Positions 29,334 to 38,801 of a stretch of DNA of 64,000 bases are shown here, piece by piece. A model generated the notes under the pieces. The model had not been told where the DNA came from. It made no database searches and saw only the letters and a program-made list of their open reading frames with translations. The position numbers were made by a program, and so were the translations under genes. Position 1 is the stretch's first letter. Every line of letters begins with the position of its first letter. The stretch is taken from positions 2,560,001 to 2,624,000 of the forward strand of contig OY759353.1 in NCBI GenBank assembly GCA_963662315.1, given 5' to 3'. The stretch comes from Geopsychrobacteraceae bacterium (lineage in GTDB: Bacteria > Desulfobacterota > Desulfuromonadia > Desulfuromonadales > Geopsychrobacteraceae).

Positions 29334-31475
29334 TCAGCTCCGCCGCCAGGTGTGGAACTTTTCCACCCAAGCCAGCAATTTCTCAGGCACGTGCGCTTTC
29401 TTCCATTCTCCAGCCGCCATTTTGTTGGCTTCCGCCAGGGTCGGGTAAGGGTGAATGGTGCCGAGAATCTTGTTCAGCCCGATGCCATGCTTCATGGCCA
29501 GAATGTATTCGGCGAGCAGATCTCCAGCGTGAGTTCCGACGATGGTGACGCCAAGAATTTTGTCCTTGCCAGACGCTGTGATGATCTTGATCCAGCCATG
29601 GTCCTCCCCTTCAGCAATCGCCCGATCAAGCTCGGCCAACTCGAACACAGTCACCTCGTGATCTATATTATGCTGCTTTGCCTCAGTTTCGTTCAGGCCA
29701 ACCCGGGCGACCTCAGGATCGGTAAAAGTGACCCAGGGGATAACGCGATAGTCAACCTGGAACTTTTTGAAATCCCCGAACAGAGCGTTAACGCTGGCGT
29801 ACCACGCCTGGTGCCCGGCAGTGTGGGTGAACTGATAGGGGCCTGCGACGTCTCCGGCACAGAAGATATTGGGAATGTTGGTACGCAAAAAGCCATCGGT
29901 CTCGACCGTGTCACGCTCGCTCAGGCGGACGCCCAGTTCCTCCAAGCCAAACCCTGTGACGTTGGGCCGCCTACCGACTGCGACAAGAATCCGGTCAAAC
30001 GGGACATGCACTTGCTTGCCCTGGCGTTCGCAGACAAGGATGCGTTCCTCCCCGTCGACCCGCACCTGCTTCGCTTGGTGTTCCGTCAAGACCTTTACGC
30101 CCTCGGCTTCGAGACGCTGGCGGACAAATTCGGCGACATCCGGATCTTCCCGGCCCATAATCTGCGTTGTCATCTCGACCTGGGTTACCTGAGCACCAAA
30201 CCGGGCAAACGCCTGGGCCATTTCGGAACCTATCGGCCCGCCACCCAGTACGACCAGGCGCTTCGGCAGTTCCCTGAGTTGCCAGAGATTGTCAGAAGTC
30301 AGACAGTCCACCTGGTCAAGTCCGGGGATTGGCGGCACAAATGGTGAAGCACCCGTCGCAATAATGATGCTGCGCGTGGTTAACGTGCGACCATCCACCT
30401 CCACCGTGTATGGGGAAGTGATCCGCGCTGCACCGTGGATGCAGTCGACACCGAGCCCGGAATAACGCTCTATCGAGTCATGCGGTTCGACTTTCGCCAC
30501 CACCTGCTGTACCCGCTCCATTACTTCGCCGAATGCGAATTCAGTTTCGGTTTTGCGGAAACCGAAATCTTTGGCCCGCCGCCCGTAAGCAAGCAGTTTC
30601 GCCGAGCGGATCAAGGCCTTGCTCGGCACACACCCGGTATTCAGACAATCCCCGCCCATTTTGTGTTTTTCGATCAAGGCGACCTTGGCTTTTACAGCTG
30701 CAGCGATGTAGCTTGAGACCAGTCCCGCAGACCCTGCCCCGATCACAACCAGGTTATAATCGAAACTTTTCGGCTTTGGAAACGCCTTGAGTGATGTGCG
30801 CTGTTTCAAAAAATCGACGACCTTGCGTGCCAGTAGTGGAAAGATTCCCAGCAAAGCAAAAGAAAGCAGCAAACCCGGAGAGAGAATTCCGCCCAGGCTC
30901 TCAATCTGACCCAATTGAGTACCGGCATTGATATAAACGGCCGTACCGGCAAGCATACCCACCTGACTGACCCAGTAAAAGGTCGGGGTCCGCATAGGGG
31001 TCAGCCCCATCACCAGATTGATGACGAAAAACGGAAAGATCGGTACCAGGCGCAGGGTGAACAGATAAAAAGCCCCCTCTTTCTCGACCCCCCGGTTGAT
31101 GGCCGCCAGTCGTTCCCGGAAGCGCTTTTGTACCCAGTCCCGCAACAAAAATCGGCTGACCAGAAAGGCCAAGGTCGCACCGATAGTGCTGGCAAAGGAG
31201 ATCACCACCAGGGCCGGCAGAAACCCGAACAGAGCCCCACCGGCAAGCGTCATGACGGCGGCTCCCGGCAGAGAGAGGGCGGTAACCAGTATATAGAGCA
31301 CAAAGTAGAGCCCCAAAGTCAGGAGGCGATTAGCGGCATAAAACTGTTGGAACTGCGTCTGATGCGCCTTCAGTTCAGTGAGAGTCAGGTAGCGCTGCAG
31401 ATCGAAAGCAAAAAACACCACGACCAGAACGGCAACGGCGCTGACAACCAGGATTTTTTTCCAGAAACCCAACAT
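29334..31475 (-). CDS. VTT (TVP38/DedA) membrane domain fused to a pyridine nucleotide-disulfide oxidoreductase (MerA/LpdA-like)
   Basis: LRLVPIFPFFVIN VTT domain; GAGSAG, GGDCLNTGCVPSK, GGGPIG, HPYPTLAEA. Confidence 0.9.
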   Translation of the reverse strand: MLGFWKKILVVSAVAVLVVVFFAFDLQRYLTLTELKAHQTQFQQFYAANRLLTLGLYFVLYILVTALSLPGAAVMTLAGGALFGFLPALVVISFASTIGATLAFLVSRFLLRDWVQKRFRERLAAINRGVEKEGAFYLFTLRLVPIFPFFVINLVMGLTPMRTPTFYWVSQVGMLAGTAVYINAGTQLGQIESLGGILSPGLLLSFALLGIFPLLARKVVDFLKQRTSLKAFPKPKSFDYNLVVIGAGSAGLVSSYIAAAVKAKVALIEKHKMGGDCLNTGCVPSKALIRSAKLLAYGRRAKDFGFRKTETEFAFGEVMERVQQVVAKVEPHDSIERYSGLGVDCIHGAARITSPYTVEVDGRTLTTRSIIIATGASPFVPPIPGLDQVDCLTSDNLWQLRELPKRLVVLGGGPIGSEMAQAFARFGAQVTQVEMTTQIMGREDPDVAEFVRQRLEAEGVKVLTEHQAKQVRVDGEERILVCERQGKQVHVPFDRILVAVGRRPNVTGFGLEELGVRLSERDTVETDGFLRTNIPNIFCAGDVAGPYQFTHTAGHQAWYASVNALFGDFKKFQVDYRVIPWVTFTDPEVARVGLNETEAKQHNIDHEVTVFELAELDRAIAEGEDHGWIKIITASGKDKILGVTIVGTHAGDLLAEYILAMKHGIGLNKILGTIHPYPTLAEANKMAAGEWKKAHVPEKLLAWVEKFHTWRRS

Positions 31476-31545
31476 GATGGCCTCTCAATTCTCTTCGGAG
31501 GGGATCAAAAGCTCCCCGCAACACGCGACATCGCCATAATTGTAA

Positions 31546-32460
31546 TCAGGTCTTTTCGGAGCAGCTGGCACCACAGGCAAAGCAGGAATAGCAACGATGA
31601 TGGCCAAGCATGACCCGCTTTTCCATCGCCGCTTTCAACGTCGTACCGAGGTCGTAAGCTTTGACGTCATCCACTAAAGTACAGGGGTAAACTCCGCAGC
31701 GCCCCTCCTTGCGGACAATCATTTTACTGAAGTTGCACATAAAAGCCGCACGTTGCTCGGCGTTCAAATAGCGGGTCATGCAGGTTTCGGTGATTTCCGG
31801 AACCTCAGGCAATGAGCCGGGCAGGTGAAACTCGGGGAACTTGATGATGGTAATGTCATCAGGCACTCCGGCCTCACGGAAAAAGGGCAAATAGTCCTGG
31901 TCAACGGCAGCACTATTCTCGCCAGGGAGCATCAGACGGGCAATGGAGACACCAAAACCAGCCTGATGCAGTCGTCCCAAGGTATTGAGGGCCTTTTTGA
32001 AATTTCCCTTCCCGCGTGATTCGTCATGTTTGGCCGGATCAGGATGATCCAGGCTAACCCGGAATTTGAGAGCATGCGGTTTGTCCCGCAGCCGCACAAC
32101 ATCAGCCATCCGGTTCATTAATGGTTCGGTCGCATTGGTCAGGACCAGGCAAGGTCGATACTCCAGGGCCACCTCCAGAATCGCGACAAACTCCGGATTA
32201 ACAAACGGCTCTCCCCCCGTGAAGGAAAACTTCTTGACGCCCAGTTCAAGGGCTTCAGCGATAAAACAGCAGGCATCCTCCAAAGTCAGAAACTCGATCC
32301 GGTTGTTACCCGGCTTCGACCCCTCAAGGCAAAACGGGCAGCGCAGGTTGCAATTGGTCCCGGTGTGAAACCAAAGTTCTTCAAGCGTCTCGGGCTGGAT
32401 ATATCCGCGTGGTTCATTCTGGCTGGTCTTAAGCCAGGGGTCAGTTTTGTCCATCTTCAT
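31546..32460 (-). CDS. Radical SAM protein with Cys-rich C-terminus (distantly ArsS-like)
   Basis: CNLRCPFC, FTGGEPF, LTNAT, C-terminal HRCYSCFACGASCS. Confidence 0.88.
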   Translation of the reverse strand: MKMDKTDPWLKTSQNEPRGYIQPETLEELWFHTGTNCNLRCPFCLEGSKPGNNRIEFLTLEDACCFIAEALELGVKKFSFTGGEPFVNPEFVAILEVALEYRPCLVLTNATEPLMNRMADVVRLRDKPHALKFRVSLDHPDPAKHDESRGKGNFKKALNTLGRLHQAGFGVSIARLMLPGENSAAVDQDYLPFFREAGVPDDITIIKFPEFHLPGSLPEVPEITETCMTRYLNAEQRAAFMCNFSKMIVRKEGRCGVYPCTLVDDVKAYDLGTTLKAAMEKRVMLGHHRCYSCFACGASCSEKT

Positions 32461-33109
32461 AAAAAAAGATCTCCCTGTGGATGAGAGTGAAGTCTATGCC
32501 GTTGGCCTCGAGCCACTGGCTGGTTTCCTCGATCATGGTGTCCAGTCCGCAGAGGTAGTAGTGGATACCCGTATCGATGGGAATGTGTTCATAAAGATCG
32601 CTGACTCGGCCGTGACAATGGCCATGACCGGATTCCCTTGAGACCGCCAGGCGAAAACCTTTGAGGGGAGCAAATTCATCCAGACCAAAAGCATCTGCAA
32701 GGTGGCGAACCCCGTAAAGACACGCTTCTGGTGGCTGCTCTGGATAACTGCGTAAATAACTCAAAAAGGGGGCGATACCTGTACCGGTGGCGATGAACAC
32801 ACAACGTTCTTCGCTCGGCGTGGAGCGCCCCGGACGAAACCAGCCGAAGGGTTCGCTGATCTGGACCGTATCGCCTGGAATGCGCCGGGCCAGCCAATCA
32901 CTGACCCGCCCCTTCGGGACCCGTCTGACCAGAAAGCGCAGAATCTTCTCTTGGGTACCGGCGGAAATGCTGTAGGGCTGCGAGTCTCCGTCGGCGTTGA
33001 ACAACGCCATGCAGTCCCCCGGCTCGAAAGCCACATTGCCCCGTTCTAGTTGCAGTTCGAAGAGATCGTCGTGGCGAAAAACAATATTGTGAACTTTCAG
33101 TGTCGGCAT
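32441..33109 (-). CDS. FNR-like FAD/NAD(P)-binding oxidoreductase
   Basis: PYSIS, GRVSDWL, IATGTGIAPF, YYLCG. Confidence 0.88.
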   Translation of the reverse strand: MPTLKVHNIVFRHDDLFELQLERGNVAFEPGDCMALFNADGDSQPYSISAGTQEKILRFLVRRVPKGRVSDWLARRIPGDTVQISEPFGWFRPGRSTPSEERCVFIATGTGIAPFLSYLRSYPEQPPEACLYGVRHLADAFGLDEFAPLKGFRLAVSRESGHGHCHGRVSDLYEHIPIDTGIHYYLCGLDTMIEETSQWLEANGIDFTLIHREIFFYEDGQN

Positions 33110-33248
33110 GATTCGTTACGTCCCCCCTCTGAGTTTGGGAGTTTGGATAGTCAGCACATCGGAAACGTCAATTTCAGTTTCTGTCGTTAGTGTCTGGATC
33201 AAACCTTTCGCATTGGTCAGTCGCAGGCAGCGGTAGCCTGTTTGGTTG

Positions 33249-33836
33249 TTAAGGTTTGAGTTCCAGCACAACCCGCAACGAGTCAAACGCTCGCTTGAGA
33301 GGACCTTCCTCTTTTTTCAGACGCGATTGCATAATCCCGCCTTCAATGGTTCCCACCACCAGTTCGGCTAAATCAGCGGCGGGCAAATCCTGACGGACCT
33401 GGCCACTCACCTGGGCTTCGTGAATGGTTTCCTGCAGTTTCCCAATCCACTCCGTGAAAACCTCACCGACTAATTCGGCAAAAGGAGGCGCATTGTCACA
33501 GGCTTCGAGCGCGGTGTTGCCGAACAGGCAGCCGCCGACGAACCCTTTACTCCGGTTGCGCTCCATGGCATGACGGAAAAAACTGTCCAATCTGGCTCCG
33601 GGAGTATCCCCTTGCAGAGCATCGTCCAGAAACAGTCTGAAGGCCCGTTGCGCCCGCCGCAAAACTTCCAGACCAACATCTTCCTTGCTCGCAAAATGAA
33701 AATAGAGATTTCCTTTGGTCATTCCTGTTGCATCTAGCAGATCATTAATGGTTGTGGTCAAAAAACCCTTGCGATGAAAAACCTGACTGGCCTCATCGAG
33801 GATTTTTTCTCGAGTAATTTCGCCTTTAGTCGCCAT
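33249..33836 (-). CDS. TetR-family regulator (NemR/LmrA-YxaF-like)
   Basis: TKGNLYFHFASKE HTH and GGCLFGN; start at MATKG after GGAGGAG. Confidence 0.9.
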   Translation of the reverse strand: MATKGEITREKILDEASQVFHRKGFLTTTINDLLDATGMTKGNLYFHFASKEDVGLEVLRRAQRAFRLFLDDALQGDTPGARLDSFFRHAMERNRSKGFVGGCLFGNTALEACDNAPPFAELVGEVFTEWIGKLQETIHEAQVSGQVRQDLPAADLAELVVGTIEGGIMQSRLKKEEGPLKRAFDSLRVVLELKP

Positions 33837-33860
33837 TGTCGCTCTCCTCCGAATAATAAA

Positions 33861-33911
33861 CAGACCATTCGGTATTTTCAGATTATCAACTATGCCCTTT
33901 ACCCTTGTCAA
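33861..33911 (-). promoter_or_regulatory. Sigma70-like promoter with a downstream TetR-type operator
   Basis: Minus strand TTGACA-N18-GATAAT; palindrome CAGACC-attc-GGTATT at 33861-33876. Confidence 0.55.
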
Positions 33912-34108
33912 TCCGATGGGAATTATTTCCATCTTGTCGCCACAAGAGAGCCTCTACGAACACTACTTTCCCATGCTCCGAATATAATCTGGACTTCTTT
34001 TTAGGACATAATCCATACCGTGACTATCTGCGGATAACTGGCCCTACCTATTTAAAACCATTAATTTTAGAGAGGGGGGGGTATTTATAGAAATAAACTA
34101 TCTTGGAT

Positions 34109-35429
34109 CACTGCTGTCCGGTTAATAGCTGAATAAATCCAGCTGGTTACTATCAGGGAAATCTTGAATTTGCTTGAGAGCATCAGCAACCAGTGAAGAA
34201 ATGGGCTTTTTCTCAAACAAATTGACCTCCAGGATCTGTAAAAAAGTGTAGAGCTAGCACGGGATTTTGAGCTTTTTCTTCGCAATAACAACCAGAAGGT
34301 AAATGCACAGCGCTACCCATATCTGGCTCTTTACGCCGTTGATCGATGTCCCGTAAAACGATTTGATCCGCAGGTGCTGCTTAACCCATTTGAAAAACAG
34401 CTCTACCTGCCAGCGCTGCTTATAGACTTCGGCAACTGTAGCTGCTGAAATCGTAAAATTGTTGGTCAAAAAGACCAGGTGTTTATTTCGATCTTTGTCA
34501 ACATAACTGACCCGGCGGAACTTTTCCGGATAGTCCTTTTTCGATTTGGGAGTGACTAGGACAATCGTCTGGTCAGCTTTGATTCCGGCTGACTTGTCTT
34601 TGTCTGCGGAATAAAGTCGCCTGTAACGCAAATTGTCTTTTGCCCTGATGACGAAGAAACCTCCTTGTTGATGCAGCGCATAGAGTCGCGAGAAGTCGGT
34701 ATAGGCCTTGTCCATGGTGTAAATGGCATTCTCTGTTACCGGCAGAGAATCCAACATTCGGACATCATGTACTTTGCCTGTTGTGACGGCGACATAGGTC
34801 GGAATGGTTCCTCGCAGATCAAGCAGAGTATGCATTTTAACCGCGGACTTCGTCGTTTTGTATTCTGCCCATGGGAATAGAGACAGGCACAGATCAATGG
34901 TCGTTGAATCAAAAGCATACAGTGGCTGGCCAAGTTCAAGGGCAAATGGTTCGTCACAGTAAAGTTGCTGCGCCATGTGTATTAGAATATGGCCGAAGTC
35001 CTGAAAGATGCGCCAGTCCCTGCGCTCACTGGCATCTGCCAGAGTTGAGCGGGACACGGAACCGCGAAAGCCGATGTGGTAAAGCTTCTCTCGGTGAGAG
35101 TTCAAGCAGGTTTCGATATCTCGCAAGCTTTCACGGCTGGCCATTTGGGCATAAGCGAGGCACAGAAATTGATCGAATGTCGAAAACTTTCTGGCTCTGT
35201 AATCGCCCCGATAACGGTGAACGCACAAATTGAAATCGTGACGTGGCAGAAACTGCAGCAGTTGCCTGAAAACGGTTTGGCCTGAATTCATCGATACCTC
35301 CTGCGATAATGGATGGTATCTCCCCATATTCATGGGGCGAATTCAAATCGAAAACGGAACAGTTATGTCAAAGAACAATTATTATCAGTAACTTACAGCA
35401 CTATCCGACTTTTTAACCGGACAGTAGTG
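34109..35429 (-). mobile_element. IS4-family insertion sequence
   Basis: Terminal IRs CACTGCTGTCCGGTTAA / TTAACCGGACAGTAGTG; 9 bp direct repeat ATCTTGGAT at 34100-34108 and 35430-35438. Confidence 0.92.
34122..35291 (-). pseudogene. IS4 transposase (DUF4372 + DDE) with a premature TAG at 34254-34256
   Basis: DSTTIDL, MDKAY and YKQRWQVELFFK motifs; the frame continues past the TAG as LYTFLQILEVNLFEKKPI...NQLDLFSY. Confidence 0.8.
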
Positions 35430-35541
35430 ATCTTGGATATGTTTTTTCACTCTTGTCTACGACGCGAGGAAAACTTTTTATGGACACAGGAAGGACAAAA
35501 AACACAAAAGCCCTACGGTGTAAATTACCGTAGGGCTTAGT

Positions 35542-35594
35542 TTTTAAATGGCGCGCCGCGAGAGATTCGAACTCCCGGCCTTCTGATCCGTAGT
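35542..35594. repeat. att site: 53 bp direct repeat of the tRNA-Arg 3' half
   Basis: Identical to 42404-42456. Confidence 0.95.
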
Positions 35595-35724
35595 TATAAA
35601 GCCCTTTATTCACATTAAATCACAGACCATCTCACAAAACCGTCAACACCTTGAAATAACACGTTTTAAGATCTACAAACTTTAACTCTACATAACTTGA
35701 CATCATTTAATTTAACGTGCAATG

Positions 35725-35744
35725 TGGGGACAGAGTGGGGACAA
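35725..35744 (+). promoter_or_regulatory. Putative integrase arm-type binding sites
   Basis: TGGGGACA-GAG-TGGGGACAA; identical copy at 42333-42352 inside the other end. Confidence 0.65.
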
Positions 35745-35765
35745 ACTTAAATCAATGGGGGCAAT

Positions 35766-36974
35766 ATGACTTCGCACAAATGGCACTCTACAAACTTCCC
35801 GGGGGTTCGGTTTCGCAAGCATCCGACCCGGAAGCATGGTGTTAACTTTGATCAATACTTTGCTATCCGTTACCAAATTGACGGAAAGAGAAAAGAAGAG
35901 TCCCTTGGATGGGCTTCTGAAGGCTGGACCGCTAAAAAGGCTTATCAAACTCTGAACGAACTAAGAGAGGCCGCGACAACCGGAAAGGGTGCAACACGCC
36001 TCAAAGAGCGCCGCAGAGAAAAAGCATTAGCACAAGAGGAAAGCCCAACCCTTAAAGATGCAGCAGAATCTTTTATCGAATACTGCAAAAGGTCAAAGAG
36101 AGAAAAAACAATTCGCGGCTACATGGATGGGCTTGCCAAGGCTCAAGAATATACCCCAGCTAGAGGGACAGGTAAGCTAGGAACATGGAAACTTAAGGAA
36201 ATTCAGCGCCGACACATCGCCTCCCTGATTGATAATATTGCAGCAGAATCCGCATCAGTAGCTATTCAGGTTCGCAGCTCATTATCTGCCCTCTATGGGT
36301 GGGCGGTACAATCACCACAAGAATATGTCCAAAGCAATATTGTCAGAGACACTCCAAGGCCGCCGAAACCTAAACCACGGGACAGATACCTTACAGGGAA
36401 AGAAGCAGGAATACTCTGGACAGCCCTACAAACCGCTGACGGCGACCCTGCAATGATTCGCTGCCTTCAGTTTGCCATGCTTGTAGGTTGTCGCATATCT
36501 GAGGCCAGCGGGATGATGTCAAACGAAATTGACGGGGACTGGTGGACAATCCCGGCAGAACGCTTCAAGGGCAAGCGCCCCCATAGGGTTTATTTGACCG
36601 AAACGGCAAAGAAGTTAATCGCCGGTCCGGGACCGCTCGTATTTCCCAGCAAAAGAACAGGGAGACCCTTTGAGACCTCTTCTTTTTCAAGCTGGCTAAC
36701 AAAAAACAAACACTTTGGCCTAGAAAAATTCAGCTGCCATGACTTCAGAAGAACCATAGGAAGTGGCCTTGCAGAATTACGGTTTTCACAAGATACAATT
36801 GCTGCAACAATCGGACATAAGCTGCAAGGAGTAACAGCAGAACATTATATCCGCCATAAATATGATGACGAGAAAAAAGCTGCCCTTATCCGCTGGGAGC
36901 AACACATTCTTAAGTGTGCATCACCCGATAAACATCAAGCAGAGGTGATACCTCTACATGCAAGCAACCATTAA
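35766..36974 (+). CDS. Tyrosine recombinase/integrase
   Basis: GCRISE, HDFRR, IGH, HY catalytic residues; N-terminal arm-binding-like region; adjacent to att. Confidence 0.93.
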   Translation: MTSHKWHSTNFPGVRFRKHPTRKHGVNFDQYFAIRYQIDGKRKEESLGWASEGWTAKKAYQTLNELREAATTGKGATRLKERRREKALAQEESPTLKDAAESFIEYCKRSKREKTIRGYMDGLAKAQEYTPARGTGKLGTWKLKEIQRRHIASLIDNIAAESASVAIQVRSSLSALYGWAVQSPQEYVQSNIVRDTPRPPKPKPRDRYLTGKEAGILWTALQTADGDPAMIRCLQFAMLVGCRISEASGMMSNEIDGDWWTIPAERFKGKRPHRVYLTETAKKLIAGPGPLVFPSKRTGRPFETSSFSSWLTKNKHFGLEKFSCHDFRRTIGSGLAELRFSQDTIAATIGHKLQGVTAEHYIRHKYDDEKKAALIRWEQHILKCASPDKHQAEVIPLHASNH

Positions 36975-36989
36975 AACAGGAGAAAGAAC

Positions 36990-37145
36990 GTGTCTGAAAT
37001 TGAAATGATGATTAAAGAAGCCACAACCGCAATTGAATCACAATGCACCTGCGTAGATAGATCATGCAGCACTTGCTATGCGATTTCTCTACTGTACCAA
37101 GCAGCAGAAAAAATACAGGCTAACGACCACTACCCGAACAAATAA
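36990..37145 (+). CDS. Small Cys-rich protein (51 aa, CTCVDRSCSTC)
   Basis: AGGAG RBS, GTG start, hairpin at 37161-37186; below the ORF-track cut-off. Confidence 0.5.
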   Translation: MSEIEMMIKEATTAIESQCTCVDRSCSTCYAISLLYQAAEKIQANDHYPNK

Positions 37146-37399
37146 CTCCGGAATCAACACGCCGGGCCTCATAATAAAGACCCGGCTTCCCCCTCTAAGC
37201 TAATCATCAAAAATCATATCTTCCTGTTTAACAGAGACTTCTAAACAACAGTAAAGATATCACAACACGTTTCCATAAGTAATTGATTTTACACAACTTT
37301 CGCTATTGACAGTCTCAATTATTTAAAGCACGATGTATCACATTGATTCACAAAATACTCTAACCGGATAAACATTTATTAGTTACAACAGGAGGACTT

Positions 37400-37654
37400 A
37401 TGTCAAACAGTTTACAAGAAGCAGAAGCTCTGATTCACGAAGCAATCAACAACTGGCCTTCACCATTCGTAACAAGAAAAGGGTGCGAAGAAATAAGCTC
37501 CGGAGCCATCAGCGCCGGAACCCTTGCTAACCTTGACTGCAAAGGAAAAGGGCCAGAGGGAGCATTTAAAATAGGAAGAACAACTTGCTACCCAAAAGCC
37601 AAATTTGGAGATTTTCTTATCAGCCGACTTAGCACTACAGAAAAGGTCCACTAA
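37400..37654 (+). CDS. Excisionase/AlpA-like DNA-binding protein
   Basis: AGGAGG RBS; ISAGTLANLDCKGKGP..FKIGRTTCY winged-HTH pattern. Confidence 0.7.
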   Translation: MSNSLQEAEALIHEAINNWPSPFVTRKGCEEISSGAISAGTLANLDCKGKGPEGAFKIGRTTCYPKAKFGDFLISRLSTTEKVH

Positions 37655-37712
37655 GCCTCTGGTATTAACTTTGAAAATTATTTGCTGTGAGGCCATCAGG
37701 AGTAGCTCCCAG

Positions 37713-38087
37713 ATGATTGCCAACAAAAAACAGAACATAGTAACAACCCAAATAAACAAGAATCTAATACCAGAGGGTCTCTACCATGCAACGCTGTCCG
37801 ATGTTTTCAGGTTCGAGAATGATCATGGACCCCGCATAGGGTTTGAGTTCACCTTGTCTGGAAATGGTGTTGAAGGTCAAGAGATCACCCGGACGACATC
37901 AACACGTTGCACCAAAAAATCAAAGTTGAATGCCACCATCACCGCTCTGTCATCAGTCAAAAGCATAACCAACCTGAAATCATTAATTGGGACTCAATGC
38001 ATCTTATTAGTTATCCAAAAGACAAGTAGACAAGGTGTGACCTTCAATGAGATCGACAGGATCTTAAACAGCGTTGACCTCAAATAA
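37713..38087 (+). CDS. Hypothetical protein, possible phage-type SSB/OB-fold (IPEGLYHATL...)
   Basis: AGGAG RBS; PEGxYxA start resembles DUF669-like proteins (weak). Confidence 0.45.
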   Translation: MIANKKQNIVTTQINKNLIPEGLYHATLSDVFRFENDHGPRIGFEFTLSGNGVEGQEITRTTSTRCTKKSKLNATITALSSVKSITNLKSLIGTQCILLVIQKTSRQGVTFNEIDRILNSVDLK

Positions 38088-38122
38088 AACTGAGCTGGCA
38101 AAAAGCCGGAAGGAATCTGTGC

Positions 38123-38569
38123 ATGAGTGGACAAAAATCTCCGTATACGTGGTTTGAAAAAGACCTTATCAGATCGAAGGCATTCCGGGGCCTGACTTCG
38201 ACTGCCAAAGATGTTTATTTGCATTTTTTATTGAAAAGGCAGTTCCGCAATTCAAATCGGAATAAAAAGCATGGAAAGGGCGTGAGGATGGAAATCATCA
38301 ATAATGGTAAAATCTGCTTTCCTTATTCGGAGGCTGAAAAAATTGGAATACCAAGGCCAACATTTGCTAGAGCATTGGATAACCTCGTTGAAAGAGGCCT
38401 TATCGATATAACGCATGCTGGAAGCGGTGGGGTCAAGGGAGATATGTCTCTTTATGCCATCAGCGATAGGTGGGAAAAATTCGGAACCGACGAATTTATA
38501 GAAGCGCATCGGGAACCTGATCCTCGATGCGGGGGTGCCCTCAGAAGATATCATAAAAAACAAACATAA
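38123..38569 (+). CDS. HTH-containing putative replication initiator
   Basis: LIRSKAFRGLTSTAKDVY...GIPRPTFARALDNLVERGLI; followed directly by palindromic repeats. Confidence 0.6.
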   Translation: MSGQKSPYTWFEKDLIRSKAFRGLTSTAKDVYLHFLLKRQFRNSNRNKKHGKGVRMEIINNGKICFPYSEAEKIGIPRPTFARALDNLVERGLIDITHAGSGGVKGDMSLYAISDRWEKFGTDEFIEAHREPDPRCGGALRRYHKKQT

Positions 38570-38757
38570 GTTTCACCATTGAAACTCAAGGTAGTTTCAA
38601 AAATGAAACACCATATAGGCAGGATAGAACCGATCATGTTTCAAAAATGGACCTCAAAATTCGACTAGAACTCGGAACAACTAATTGGGCAGGCAGAGAG
38701 ATAAGACCAAAATCAATTATTAACCATCAACCTTGGGTCATGTCTCATTATTGAAAC
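38570..38757. repeat. Four palindromic iteron-like repeats GTTTCA-N4-TGAAAC
   Basis: 38570-38585, 38594-38609, 38638-38653 (TGGACC variant), 38742-38757 (GTCTCA variant). Confidence 0.7.
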
Positions 38758-38801
38758 TATTCTATAGAATACCAGGGGACAGGGGCTAAACAAGGGATAG
38801 C

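Larger units (their letters stand above)
26009..35541. mobile_element. Older tRNA-Arg-integrated genomic island (no integrase visible)
   Basis: Bounded by the degenerate att at 26009 and the att at 35542; cargo is visibly GC-richer than the flanks. Confidence 0.6.

Noticed and set aside
29352..30347. 331-aa plus-strand ORF
   Set aside because: Antisense shadow of the GC-rich oxidoreductase gene
29334..31475. Calling the reductase mercuric reductase MerA
   Set aside because: No C-terminal CC pair, no NmerA domain and no mer genes
31476..31548. Selenocysteine read-through of the radical SAM TGA stop (a hairpin follows)
   Set aside because: The protein already ends just after its Cys motif, the hairpin is too distant and not SECIS-like, and the extension is not protein-like
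34254..34256. Pyrrolysine/amber read-through in the IS4 transposase
   Set aside because: No pyl genes in the window; a nonsense mutation is simpler
35549..35594. Second tRNA-Arg gene
   Set aside because: Only the 3' half is present; it is an att duplication
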